Shown here: one piece after another, positions 37,351 through 50,982 of the stretch
Layout of the letters: each line of letters starts with the position of its first letter
Numbering within the stretch: position 1 is the stretch's first letter
DNA from: Phoronis australis
Taxonomy: Eukaryota; Animalia; Phoronida
Assembly: GCA_002633005.1 (NCBI GenBank)
Contig: NMRA01000328.1
Location: forward strand, 318,134-382,133
Direction of reading: 5' to 3'
Length of the DNA stretch: 64,000 nucleotides
Notes under the pieces: generated by a model
What the model was told of the DNA's origin: nothing
The model's database searches: none
What the model saw: only the letters and a program-made list of their open reading frames with translations
Program-made: the position numbers and the translations under genes

Positions 37351-37753
37351 TGGCCGGTTGCATGAAACAGTCCCAAATAGGGACTCAATTAAGTTCCCTA
37401 AGTCTTTTTGCGTATTTCTGTCTTTATAGACTCACAGATGCAACATTTTGCTATCATTTTAACTTTATTATGAGCTCCTATTTGATTAATGACATTTTCT
37501 AAAATATAACTAAGAACTGAAAATAAATAGGGACTCAGTCCTTAAATTGGTGGTGTCGCATGAAAAGATCCCTAATTATTTTCGATTATATTGAGTTCCC
37601 TCTCGATTTGCATCAAAGTCAAAAGTTGACTTAACAATGAAACTAAAACAATATGAGAAAGGGCAGTCGATGTTTTTACAAGTCCAAAAATACGCAGTAG
37701 ATTTAGGGAACTTAGTTGAGTCCCTATTTAGGACTGTTTCATGCAAGTGGGCA
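37351..37753. mobile_element. MITE with ~55-65-bp TIRs (PIF/Harbinger-like termini)
   Basis: TTGCATGAAACAGTCC(C/T)AAATAGGGACTCAA(T/C)TAAGTTCCCTAA in inverted orientation at both ends; TSD not clean. Confidence 0.7.
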
Positions 37754-39089
37754 CAAGTGACTTGGCTGAGCTGGATCTGATTCAAGTGAACCATAGCTCA
37801 GTTGACAACTCAAACCAAGGCATGAAAATACGACTGAATGAATTCAGTCGTTTAAGCCTTGCCGTGATCTGTCGACTCACTTGAGGCAGACCCAGCCTGG
37901 CGGATTTGGGGGGAAGGGGCCTCCGTATTCCATTTGGCAGTTTGGGGGAGCGAATGTCTGACGGGCAAAATCCTGGCTAATACTCTGCTCTGCCCCCNCC
38001 CCCCCCAACTCAAAATCCTGGATCCACCCCTGAGACCTCTCAGCTCACAGCTTATTGTCTACGGTGGCCCTTATAGATGTATTCGTTTGGCTTACAATGG
38101 ATATATGGATATTTTCTGCACTTCGCTCTAGCGAAATTGTCAATCACAGATGAAATGCCAATGTTACGTAAAAGTTCATGTTCAAAACTGATCGGTGTGG
38201 GGCTGTTCAACCTTCTGAGCTCTTTTATGATTCGTCTACGTTTTGAAAATGGGCGGTCGCCGCATCAGTAATGACTTAAATGAGTGACAGGTAGATTTTT
38301 TCTAAAATCGGCTATTTCAACATTTGGAAAACACGACTCCAGACAGTTGTCGGTTATATCATGTGTGTTAGAATTTCGTTATTATTGTAAACTGTCACCG
38401 ACGTTAAATAAAAACTTCTCACCTTATGATCTTTACCAATTCACTTGCACCTCTGCTGGGTCTTGGTTGTTTTGCCTGCCAATGTGACCATAGATACTCG
38501 TTAGTCGATGATGTGACTACCTAGATAATCGTTAGTCTATGATGCGACTACCTAGATCGGTTTTCAGCAGTTCACAAAACAGTGATTACTCATCATCGAG
38601 ACTTTCCTCCAAGTCTTGAGGATATTTTTTGAATAGATTAGTTGAAGCTATTGCAAGTTTCGTCGGCTGCTAAAGTTGGCAGCTTTTGAAGTGATCCAAA
38701 TATACCTCAGCTAACTTCAGTAGCTTTCTTGGAGTTTTGACTGAGCAGTAAGCATGTTAGCAACTAAGCACTATGATTTTAAATCTCGCAAAAGAAGTTT
38801 AGGATTCAACAACTGGGACGAGATTGCAGGAACCACAAAAAGTCATCCTAAGCTCGGTTTCGTTTTCTTATTCTACAGTATGTTGTTGATTCCATGTACA
38901 ACCAGTAGCACATTTGCCGCGAATTTCACAATTGGCCAAACCTACCGAAATGATTTTTGTCACATCATCAAAATGTTAAAGTTGCTTTTAAAATTATTTT
39001 CAAGTAAAATGTGTATTTATTCATATGCAACACAACAACTGGAATCGCAGTCGGGTTGTTACTCCGAAGGGTATTTACTACGGATGTTC

Positions 39090-39628
39090 ATTATAAAAAC
39101 AATAATTGCAGGCGGTCTGATACAGTGGTATCAGACGTGCGCAGGCCGCGCATGTGGGGCCATTTCACTGATCACCTGGAACCACTTTTATATTTTATTA
39201 ATATATAGCAGTGGCGGACCTAGGATATTATAAGGGGGGGGCAACATTTTGCCTGGGGCAAAGTACGATTGCATGCGCGAATCCAGCCTAAAATATAGGA
39301 GGCCCAAAATTCTGGGTATGCGAACCTTTTCCTGAAATTCAAACGGAGGACTAAAAACAAAACGGGAAAACGGTTGCGCCGGCGGGTTTGGTTCGGACAC
39401 ACATACTAACTGCACACATTGTTAAATCTTGTTCCAGCCGCATGTTATTTGTCGAATTTCTTCACGGTTTGCATTTTGCGGCAGCCCCCCCCCCTCCCCC
39501 CCCAAGTCCGCCTATGTATAGGAGCTAGAAACCTGACTCAAGGGTTTAGCAGTGCAATGCCGTGGGACTCGAACCCACGACCTAGAGTAAAAAAAGCGGA
39601 CACCTATCACACTAGTCCACACTGCCTC
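39090..39628 (-). mobile_element. tRNA-derived SINE interrupted by a MITE
   Basis: Head GAGGCAGTGTGGACTAGTG...GGTTCGAGTCC; body homologous to 12781-13014 on both sides of 39209-39516. Confidence 0.7.
39209..39516 (+). mobile_element. 308-bp MITE with the same termini as the 10159 family, 5-bp TSD
   Basis: CAGTGGCGGACCTAGG...AAGTCCGCCTATG; TATAG at 39204-39208 and 39517-39521. Confidence 0.85.
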
Positions 39629-41658
39629 CTCACAGACGTTCATTAGTCTGAAGTTATTTTTTTTGGAGTAAAGACGCAATAAACATCGCATTGTGTTCTT
39701 AGTCCGAAGTTCCTATGCTCCTATAGACTATTTTATTTCGTATATGAATGAGTCTCTTCTCAGCCTAACGCTGCGCTGGATATGTACGTTGAGAGCTATA
39801 GGGCCAACTTAATTCACCTTGAAAATTTGAGTCCCTCTGTGCTTCAGGTGTGCCTCTTCAGTAACCTGTCTGTTTGATGAAACACCTTGTTCACTGGGCA
39901 ACGCTAGATGTTGGCCGAATTAAACGATTTCAAGATAATTGACACACCGCTAATCTGGGACCCCACGCTTGCGCCAATTATAAAACCATGACTGCTATCT
40001 CTGTTAGTCAAATGTATACAATTCGCACAAATTTAAGTTCTGAAGATTTTGTCGCTGTGTAATTTATCAAAGCAAAAATGGTTTAAAACATCAAGGAATG
40101 AGTCTCTGGGCTTTTAGCGGCCTGTGGCTAATAGTGTGCGCGCTTAAGCTTTGAGCTGGACTACGACGCCCATAATTCTTTGAACTTTGCTTACTGGGGC
40201 CCTAAACTCTTGACCCTACACATATTGAAAATGTCAGGGCCCCAACACAAACTTTCCAAGTTCGCATTACCTGGGGTCAGTGCTTCCATAGGCGTAGAAT
40301 CATATAGTTACACGTTTATGGTATTGGCGCCTCTATAAATGCAAAAAGCGCGAGGCCTGTAGGATATGTTACTTCTCCTACGCTGTTAATGCGATACTGC
40401 AGCGGAGCCACATCTATTGGTTGATAATATAAGATTTTCAGAGATGGGATCAAAAACGACAACTTTGCGTATTTTAAATAAGAATTTTTCACAAATGTAA
40501 AAAAAACAAAGGCTAACACGATGTAAACATGTTAAAATAGTCACAACTGTTAAAATAGACACAAATGTTAAAATAGTCATAAATCCAGAATTTAGCCCGA
40601 GTTCCTCTCACCAATGCCCCCAGGCGATTCTCATATATCACGTTTTCGGCAACACTCATTTGCATGAACTATGTACAGATTACCCAGGTTAAATGGGTTG
40701 TCATCAATACTTCTTGCACGGCTCGTCACCAATTTATGCCCCCNNNNNNNNNNNNNNNNNNNTCCCGGTTGTCACTGATTCTTCCCTCGCCACTCCCTCC
40801 CCCTCAGCTTCGCCGGTTATTTTCGTTGAGATTTTTTGATAAAACAAAATTTCTTTCATGTGTGTTAATTAGGCAAGGAACAGTCGTGCGTTGTGATTAT
40901 GTATTTAGTGAGGAGCCGCACATCACTGTTGCTTTGTATATTACACAAGTATACAAACACAAGAAAACATGGACACGGTTCACTTTGAAGGTTAAAAGTC
41001 TCCAATTTGATACAGAAATAACTGTAAAGTTGACATCATTCTATTTTATAGAGGCTTCGTGTACTGAAAATTATTCCAAATCATGTTTGGTGACATATGT
41101 TCCATGCACCACGCTGACAATAACATAACATGTCGTAGCATTTCGTCTTACACTTACTTTTGTCGAAAAGTACGAGTTCGAGAAATTAATCCACATGTCC
41201 GCCACATTGGGTACCAACCTGAAGAAAAATACCGCGAATGACTGCGACCCACTTCCAGGCTTTCGTTTGTCAATTTTTATAAAAAGTACGACATACATTG
41301 CACACAGACACAACATACAACGGCTTCTCCGAACATAAAAACATAGAAATTTGACATCCATACACAACTATCGTCGGTTGCATCTTATCCACAACGTCAG
41401 TAATCACGTTTTGAAGAGGCTACAATCCCCTGTAACTAACCTCAACGAATGGAAACTACTAATTGAGGGATAATGCTGATCCCCGTCACTGAAATACAAG
41501 TATCTGTGACACCATGCAATCCAGGGCGCTTTCACTGACTCTAATTTCGATCACAGCCGCCAACGTCTCTTCTGGTCAATACCTAACTTCCCATTAACAA
41601 CACACAGCTTTTGACACGCTGAATCAGGCGACACAACGACGTCACCGGTGAAACCATT

Positions 41659-41786
41659 TCAACACATTTTGGTTTTTACAGCTTTCCGTTCACAGCTTTC
41701 TCCACCGCTGACCAGGGGGCGCACCTTTGTTTTTACTCCATTTTGACATGGCCCATACTTTCCCCATGGACCAAAGAAACATCGTT
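41659..41786 (-). CDS. Pleiotrophin-like terminal exon: C-type domain 4
   Basis: tttcag acceptor; ERCFFGPWGKYGPCQNGVKTKVR...CERKAVKTKMC*. Confidence 0.8.
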
Positions 41787-44700
41787 CTGAAACATAACAT
41801 ATCGTTTAACATTATCGGCAGAATTCTCTGCTACACGCTCTCCCTCTGGCATTCATGAGTCCTTCTGAAAAATGCAACAATACACATTGATTTTCTGCGT
41901 TAATTCCTTAGACTACAATAATAAAAAAATTAAACACTAACCTCGTTTGCTTAATGACAGCGCTCTAAAACACTAACCTTTAGCATTAGCAAAATTGAAC
42001 ACCATTGCACATAGCAGGTAAGACGTCACGCCAAACTGTGCTACAAGTGAAATCCGCCGTGAAGTGTTCAATAGAACGCACACTATTCATATCTTTTTTA
42101 TCTAGCGTTTTCAAGTTTTTAAGAAAGGTTTGATTGATTTAATGTTAAGAGGTGTACTTATTTACACAAATCATTACAACAAAACTTAGTGAAACCATCT
42201 AATCGAAAAGGAAAGCTAAATTTCACTATTTCGCTATAAACCTCCACTTCTGTCACAAAAACCAATTTTTGCTTAAGACCATTAACCGCTATGAAATTGC
42301 TGTCAAATTGCTACTTGGTCGATGTGATTTCTGATCATGGAAGGAATTGATAGTTATTACTCGAAATCAGGTTCTACATGTACGTGTGGCTTGTCACGGC
42401 GTGTCATTATTCTCTGAGCATGATCTCGGAGAATAACGAACTGACAGTTCTTTTGCAAGACCAAAAAATCACTTCTCATCCGAGTAGGAACAAGTTGAGG
42501 CCAATTTTATAATTTCTTCGACAGAACGCTGGGTTATTACCTCTTTTATAGTAAGAAATCAAAATAACAAAAACTCATATGAAGGAAACTATCGCTACCT
42601 CTGCCGGTTTTCACTATACATGATCTTTTTACTGTCTTAACAGGCGGACATCCCTTTGGTTGGTCCGGCAACAGTGTGCGTGAGAGCGTTCTTTCATTTT
42701 TATCGTCACACTTGTCAGTCCACGCTCCTTTCTGATATCGACAAACTGTAAAAACCCAAGTACCAAAAACTGCGACTGAGAAAAAATCAAATAACTTGTT
42801 TGGCGCATCGTTTGAGTTGACATGAACCAATTCATCAAAATTGACGAATTGGACAACGGAAAGACTTTGCACATTTATTTTCGCCGCTAGGATCGATAGT
42901 GTGTGCTTTCAGCCTACATTAACTAAAATATCATGAGACATGCATATTGCGAGTGTTGTTCACGACAGGCACACTCCTAGCCGGTAGCTGCTGCTTTTTC
43001 AACAACCACAAACTTAATTTAACTCATTTTGAAGTTGTAACTGCTTGCTTAATAGCCTCAAAATCATTTTATCCCAATTGGACGTTTTTACTTCGAGACT
43101 ACAAGTGTGCTTAAGTTTTAATTGAACAATGAGATTGTTTCGCATTTTCTATCATCGCTCACCTATGCCTTTTGTTTTGCACATTTTGCTTACAGTCCTG
43201 GTTGCTTTGCAGTTATCCCCTTTACTTCTCGCAGCGTTAAGTATGTCCACGCGCGTTGATATCTTTGTCAGTGTATCACACTCACTCCAGTTTCCAGGAA
43301 CATATCTACAAGCTAAAAACAGTACACAACTCATGCTTTCAAATGTTGAAGTAATTTTTCTAATGCATTTGTACACACAATAGGATTAATTGCGCTCATT
43401 AATATCGAACCATAAAGAGAACCCCCAAATGAATGTGCCTCTTAAAACCGCAAACGAAAAGGCAGACGACAAATTTGATGCTTTTTTGGATTATGACCAA
43501 TGAATCATTGGCGCACGAAACTTTGACATCGAAACAACTGAAAAAGCATCTGTCCTCAGGATAGAAAGTTGGCCCCCTTCTCATTTTTAGGTCGACTTAT
43601 GTTTCTCTCACAATTTTAGGCGTATAACTACCAAGTCTTGTTTTACGTATCGCCCCGCACTCTACTCACTTCGTGTGCATTTACGAACGACGACTCTAGA
43701 ACGCTCACAGGTACTAGGGGAACCTTCTTTTAAGACAAATGTAGCATTCTGTGTGTCAGATGTCATATCACAAGCTCCAAGGTGTGTAAGTGAGTATTTG
43801 CAACCTAGAATATAAATGTATCAATGTAGGTGGGACTGCTCCCTGTAGAAATTAATATTAACTGTCAAATGAAAAGCAGAGTAGAAATGGACAACAAAAC
43901 ACACGCACGCTAGCTCGCACACAAACACACAAATCATTCAGCTCAAAAAAAGACATGCATTTGTAAATAAAAGTTAGGATCACGTGTCTATAGGCGAACA
44001 GATGAAGAAGAAACTTTTCTTTTTAGAAAAACTCATTGGCCTGCCAATAGGAACATGTAGGATAGCGCACAAATTGTTGGACAACCAACATACGTTTGTT
44101 TGCTGTTGTCTTTGTCTTGGTCTTTTTACCATCTTTGCTTCGACACTTCTTTGTTTTGATTTTAGTTGGCTGACACGTAAGTGCATGATTTTTCCTTAAA
44201 GTCAGGTGTCTTGTTTTTTTCCCATCAACGCAGTCACTCCAAGCCGACTTACTGTACCTGCAAACTAAAGTCAATTTATTGAATAAACCAATAAGTCATC
44301 ATAGTGAGTTCATCTGTTTTCTAGAGTTATATGAATATTGTTGAAAATAGTACATTAAGTACCAGGACCATTTAAGGACCTAAGTAGGACGGGAAGTGGA
44401 GGACGGGATGTCGTGTGCAGGGTTACAGTTAAAAACTTGGTGGCGACCGAGGGTGGTGCGAAGTTTGTGAGGGGACAAAAATTGTGGACCTGGAAGAATT
44501 GAAATTTGTGACGACTCGAGGGAGGGTGGAATCATAAAAAGCAACAGTGTTAGGTCTACATGATCGGGAGGCCCCTAATAGCTGACCACTGAAGTAGGGA
44601 CGGGAGAGGGTGAAGTCATATTTGTCTGTGCCTCCCAATTATCTTCCCAAAGAGTCTACATTTACAACAAAAACGAAATAGAACTGTGCGGCTAAGATAG

Positions 44701-46759
44701 GGCTGGAGCTAAACGATATTTTCACGTGAGCATTTCATTCAAGTTATCCAACTATAGTGATGGTGCAACCAGCCATTGACGTCACGGAAATTTATGGAAG
44801 ACTCGTGTGACCTTACCACTGCGGATGTAGTGCTGTGCCTTCTTTTAAGAAGTCCAAGAACTAAATCAAATGAGGTCGCAGCCAACATACCTTTCGCATT
44901 AAATTTCCCATTTTTCTTGTTATTTCTTGGTTTTCTACTTGTGCAGGGAATGGTGCATGGGAACATGCGCTGTTTCACTGTACATTTCTCCCCGTCTCTG
45001 TTCCCAATTCGTGTCCCTTTACCGCATTTCCCCTCGGCTGGCATGCATTTTGTGTAGACCCACTCTGAACACTTCTGCCCTCGTTTGCGTTCTCCTTTTA
45101 CTCTTCTCCCTTGATGTGACGAAGAACAAGAAAAGTAGAAGAAACATATGAAAAAAGTAACGGTTTCAGGGGGGGGAGGGCAAAGGGGCCCTGTCCCCTT
45201 AAACGTCCCTAAGTCCACTCGAATTTTGACCTGTTTGATTTTGATAGTGTAGGGAGTATATTGTTTTCGTTTTGTACATGTATACACATTTACATGTTCT
45301 GTACCGAATGTCAAATGAATAATTTTTTCGCATTTTGACTTCACGGACTAATTCAGTCGAGACTTTTCACTTTGCCCCCAACGTAAATTCCTGGATCCTC
45401 TCCTCACAAGTCAATGACATACACTAAAAGAAATCATTGTAATGCAAGAAAACTTGATTTGAGCACATTAATCACCGTTTCATTTTGTATGATGAAAACA
45501 CTTCCTTCTATTCGGTTATTGGCATAACGAAAACACATGTGAATTCAACATTGCCAACGCCCCTGTGCTATTGTGCTCATGTGTCAAAGATTTGCATGTG
45601 TCAAGGTCTGAGACACCTGTCCCGGTTCAGGCACCATGATTTGGGTTTCAACCTAATGTGATAGATTTGGTAACTATTAGCTTAAGCTGGCAGCTGCTCT
45701 CAATATTTCTTTTTTTTTCTCTTGACAACCTAGCTGACGTATCGATTGTCCCCGATTAACAACTGGCGAAACACGTTTGTCAGCTTGCCAGCCTTTGGCT
45801 GTTTTCTTGGTTAATGTAATTTAGAATTTACGTAAGGCAACTAAGTTGTACGAAATCAATTTCGAGCAGATTATTTCAAAAGCTCAATGTGCGTATTCTA
45901 CACGAAGCGCGTGATTATACCTACGCCCGGTGAAACCAACGGAAACTTTCTAGAACATCCATCATAAACACCTCATTAGTAAACCCGCTAATTTCGGACA
46001 AGTTTGATAGTTAACGGCATGTTTACCGATTAAATCATGAAACAGCAACAACTTGATTTATGTGTTGGTGTTAATTGCAGGAAATTCTGAAATTCTTGAT
46101 TACGGGCCATCCTTTCTGTGGCTGAGGCATTACTCATGGAATGACGTCATATCTACGCAATGAGCTTATACATTTGCTTTAAGTACGAATTTGTCAAATA
46201 TATTTTAGGCAGAAGTAAAGCCGGTAAACTCGATGGTAATTCGGCTGTCACTGTTGCCCACTACAGTTTGGCTGCGCTAGAGCGCAAGTATCATATCAGA
46301 CGGATATCAAAAATCCATACAGAGTCTGCTGTAAGTCATTTACATTCAAGAAGATATGTTAATGAAAACTATCTGACTTGTAATAATATATTAAAAACAC
46401 CATCTTTAATCCTTATTTGATATAGACTGTTACGATAAAATGCTATTGAACAGGGCATTCAAAACTGACCAACTTGGGCCATGACAACCTCAATATGAAT
46501 AGACTACCACAAACTACTTTTAAGTTTAAAACTTGTGCAAAGCCTAGAAACGAATGTCTGTGTTTGAAATATGTTATCACTCGTAAACAGTGAATTTCTG
46601 TAATATAGCTAACGTTAAGAAGCGTCAAATTCCGTGTGTGTAGGCAATCAACAACTCACCTGTAATTCGTCGTGTGCGCGTGATCTCTTCTGACACCGTG
46701 AGGTCTATTAGCACGCACAAGACGACGCCTAAAACAGCTAGTCTAAGGTACCACTTCAT
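41659..46759 (-). CDS. Pleiotrophin/midkine-family secreted heparin-binding protein with 1 N-type + 4 C-type domains, 304 aa
   Basis: Exons 46759-46660 (signal peptide MKWYLRLAVLGVVLCVLIDLTVS), 45109-44891 (6-Cys CSEW...CGKGTR...PCTIPC), 44264-44094, 43312-43163, 42745-42599 (each CRY...W..C...TR/SR...C...C), 41786-41659 (CFFGPW...C*). All introns GT-AG phase 1; very Lys/Arg rich. Confidence 0.85.
42599..42745 (-). CDS. Pleiotrophin-like exon: C-type domain 3
   Basis: CRYQKGAWTDKCD...CPPVKTVKRSC. Confidence 0.82.
43163..43312 (-). CDS. Pleiotrophin-like exon: C-type domain 2
   Basis: CRYVPGNWSECD...TR...CKATRTVSKMC. Confidence 0.85.
44094..44264 (-). CDS. Pleiotrophin-like exon: C-type domain 1
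   Basis: CRYSKSAWSDCVDGKKTR...CQPTKIKTKKC. Confidence 0.85.
44891..45109 (-). CDS. Pleiotrophin-like exon: PTN/MK N-type domain
   Basis: 6-Cys pattern as in PTN N-domain; gtatgt donor. Confidence 0.85.
46660..46759 (-). CDS. Pleiotrophin-like exon: signal peptide
   Basis: ttctag acceptor 3 nt before ATG; hydrophobic core; gtgagt donor. Confidence 0.75.
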
Positions 46760-49077
46760 ATTCTAGAAGAAGATAATGTTTAGTTGTACTTTTTGAGGAA
46801 TCTCTGAGTAATTGTAATGTACATAACGAGCCGTTTCTAATCAATTTCGATGCGGTACTGGGTGCTCCAAAATCCGCCTTCGATCATTCAAGATTTTGTC
46901 ATGCAAAAGAAAAAACGAACTAATTTTTTTTCTTATTATTGACTATTCAGTTTTCAATTCTCGACACAGACTCGCTATAGTTTTTTTCCTCCAATATTCT
47001 TGGTCACTGCTTTTCGTAACATTCAATAAACAAAATACTGGACGACACTGCTGATGTGTATCGCGTCGTGGAAAGTAGCAATTTCCACTCTCAGTTGGGT
47101 TGTTTATTGAACCAGTAATGGCAATTTCCATTAAGTCCGCCGAATCAATAACAGTTAGTTCAGAAGTCTGCACGCATGTTTCCCATCTAAGCTATCTACT
47201 GGGATGTTTCTGCAGAATCCCATTTCGCCAACCACAAGATCACACAGAAACCCAAGTTTTATTGGCCATCTATGAGTGATGGAATGTGAATCATGACAAA
47301 ACGGCAATTAGAATCAAATGTTCACTTTTGATTTAGAAAAAAAATATGTTGTAAATATGACAACTCAAGGCTGGGCTGAAGCAATAGTAAAAGGCGAATA
47401 AATTTTAACGAGGAAGATGCTATAAAATAGATATCATAAGCAGATATCTTTTTTCAATAATTGATGATGGCTTTAACTCTTTGCTTGAGACGGCATACAT
47501 GTAAAAGAACACGCAATTTGGACTAGAGCGACATGCATTTACGTACAATGCGCGTTACATAACTTCTCAATTGCTTACATGGTTTATTGAACCTAATTTT
47601 CATTATCATTTCCTGAGAGCATTTCATTATAGCCCTAGTCATTTCTCAAGGAGGCATTGAAGCCTTCTTTTAAGCCTATTTTATCTCTACGAGTTGATTA
47701 CACGTGCAGGCCAGTTCTAAGACAGCATAGGATCATTGTGTACACGAGCAAACCTCATTTTCAAGTGACATCAAAAGTATTAGTATGGCCCGGTCCTACT
47801 AGAGTGCACAACATATTTGTCTGCCCAGTCATATTAACGATGCTTTATTACAACATTGCTAATTACGAGATTTGCTCTTAACCAAGACTTGTACATCTAA
47901 AGTTGAAGTTTCGATCTACTAATTTAATTATTTTTTGCTCTTACCTGTAAGCATAGATCATAGACATTCTACCCTGAGTGCGTCAGAACTCGATTGTTTC
48001 CATCGTTACCGAAGATATAGGTCTCAAACAAGCGCGCGGTACAACAAGTTTAACTGGACCGCATTCCTTGGTCTCTATCGTCAAAAATATATTAATTGCT
48101 ACTAATACACTAGTGCTGCACAATTAATCACACTAAAACATATCTATAAAGACATTTGTATGTTTGTAAATTTGAATGTTAATGAGCTGCTATTGATTTC
48201 AACATCTGCTCTGAGATTTACGACGATAACGTCTGCGCCAGTAAAGATATCTGACTGAACGTGAATCGTGATACAAATAATTATAACCGATCATTTAGAA
48301 GTAAAATAGTTTTTATTCTATCAAATTAAATGAAGCATGGCAAAAATAACGAGTTCATTACTGACTTAATTAGTCAGTTCTTTTCAGTCCTGTCAGGTAT
48401 ATCCAATACCTGGACTTCTTGTCATCAAATTTTTATCTCTTGCCAGGAGGAAAGCTGGGGTGTTAAACAGCTCAATGAATAAATGGGGGAATATACAAAG
48501 ACATCATATACAAAGACAGACCAGGTAGACTTCCGCAAGAGCTGAAAATATTCTTGAAAACATATCTGGCTTGAAATCACAGAGTAATTAGTTTTTACCC
48601 ATGACTGGTTTATAATTGATATCGGTTATATGGTAAGTTACGCCTGTCTGTGCTTATTTTTACCGGGTGAACATTAAAATTCCTCTGGCATTGGTAAAGA
48701 TTAAACTAAGCCGGTTACCTAATGATCAATGGCGGAAGAAGAAAAGATTTGAATTGTTATTCACTGTGGTAACACGAGAGACATCAGTTTGTTGAAGAAT
48801 GTTGGGAAAATAACAGTTCACGACTCGTTAACGTTATAAGTTCACATTCCTCACAACACACGTTTGAAATATGTCAATGTCGTCAATAAATGTCACTGAA
48901 CGAACGATGTTGAGGGTTAGTGTATGCTCTCAAAGAAAAATCCATACCCACAAGCAGAGATCTGAGCTCTCAGTCCGTGATAAAGTGCTTGTACGTCCCG
49001 GTAATTAAAAATGTCTGACAGTATGAGGTTACAGATAGCGATAGCTGACGTGATATCTGACAAATTAAAACCGTCAT

Positions 49078-49107
49078 TATATATATATATGTATATATAT
49101 ATATATA
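49078..49107. repeat. (TA)n microsatellite
   Basis: Directly visible. Confidence 0.9.
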
Positions 49108-50731
49108 GCTATTATTGTCGCGGATTACGGCTCAACCTAAAACATATTTATATTGTTTACGGCTGATAGGTTATCGATGTTTAAAATGAACTAGGACAGT
49201 AAGTTTGAGGAACACGTGTACTAAGTCATGTTATTTTAATGATTTGTTTAATCGTTTCTCGAATTGTACCGATGTCCCAAATCTCTCGATATGAACCAGG
49301 ATAGTATAAACACGGTAGCCACGATACTGCTTTAAGACTGACAAGGAAGAAAATAAGCAGTACCTACCTCTTGCTATTGCGGGTCGGCTAAATACTACCA
49401 CAGCTAAGACTTGATTAGTTGACGGATCAGTTGAAACATGTCTAACGTCCCTATAATTACAACGTTATCTCAGCCTACTCACTGTCGACGCGACCGTCGT
49501 ACATTTTCGAACTCGATTGCGGTAGGAACCATGTGACCGTCTTCCCTAATGTGAATCAGTTGTCTAAATATGTTTAACCCGATACTAAAACTGTTTAGAA
49601 TAATCTGCTGCTCCGATTCCTTGCCAGACATAATATTCACGCACTCTAAATGGGTTCTGACTAGATCACGAAACTTTAATTTAAATCAAGCCTCATGTCC
49701 ACGATCCCCGCAAATGCTCAACCAAGACGTACAGACACCTGCGAACATTACTAATAGTTCTAATTAAACCTAATGTTTCTTCCCAAGTATGTGAGCACGT
49801 TCAACTCAGATACTGTCAATGCCGAAAAACCTCCGGCCGGCTTTTTGACAAAAATGATACCTTTTTTGAGCGCATAGCGGCTCTTGCACAGTCTGCCTCA
49901 GACGAGGCTCGGAAACCTGTTTTCACAACAGGTTATGAAAAGATTCTGTACGTGAGACCCACTCATTAAACATATGTGTAATAATTCGTGACTTTAATTT
50001 ATGAAAGTGAAAAGACTGAAAGAAAGGTCAAACCAATGACGTGATAGTCATCTCAAACAACCATCTTGACTTGGCAACAACTAAGTGAAAAAGGGTGCGA
50101 TCAGCTTTTTAAGATCCTGAGAAACTACTTTATTAATAATTCAGATATTGATATTGTTATAGTGGAAGATGTGAATGTAAAATGTTATATAAAAACGTTT
50201 GATGCAGAAGGCATACGGAGTGTATTCGCGGGCAATTGGCAATCCTAGTATATAAACGGTGGGTGAAATATTTCCTCATCGATAAGCCGTAACAAAATTC
50301 TATTTTTTGTATTTTTGTGAACAGGCAGACTAGAGCCCGCGAAGATGCAAAGAAGTTCGTTCACAAGATAGCCCCGTCTGAAGAAAGTGACAGTTTCGGT
50401 CAGTAGGAGAAAAAGAATGTTCGAATGTTCGGTCTTCAGTTTTGGTGCCGCACTAGGTTTGTCCGTTCCGTCAAAACAGTGCAAAGCAAAATTAGCAGTT
50501 TTGCAGGCCTTTGTTTTCAAGCCAGTCGCTATCGTATCGGCATTACATCTTCGATAAAAATTGAAACGTGAAGTTCGAATCGACTTCAGTCTTACTGATA
50601 TTTGTAAGTTTTAACTTTGTTTTGTTATGTCCACACCAGGACGATTATCATTTGGGCCACTATCCCCAACGAGGTTCTTTACGTGAAATGACCTCCGACA
50701 GATTGAGATTTCTTTTTTAACTTGAGACCTG

Positions 50732-50982
50732 GTGCCTTTTCCAAGAAACTGACTTAAGTTCATTTATGACTTAAGTTTAAGACTTGTCTTAACTTCCAAA
50801 CTGTGAAACTTTCACGTTCGGTAAGTTAGTCAAAATTAAGGCAAAACTTATCATGTCAAGCATTTAAGTCAAACTTAATATCTCTTTCTTGAATTGGTTT
50901 TGACACAAATTTAATTTTTATTTCAAAATTTACTAAAATTTTAGATTTGTCTTAGCTAAGCCAGTTTTGTTGGAACGGGCCC
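50732..50982. mobile_element. Degenerate AT-rich MITE (Harbinger-like)
   Basis: Imperfect TIR GTGCCTTTTCCAAGAAACTGACTTA / TAAGCCAGTTTTGTTGGAACGGGCCC, CTG on both flanks, internal CTTAAG repeats. Confidence 0.45.

Noticed and set aside
37893-38032. Small G/C-tract element resembling the CAGTGGCGGA MITE ends (similar at ~45165-45400)
   Set aside because: Termini too degenerate and no clear TSD
47945-48100. Possible 5' non-coding exon of the pleiotrophin-like gene (CAG|GTAAGA donor on minus strand)
   Set aside because: Plausible since the ATG exon has an acceptor, but a donor motif alone is not enough to place it
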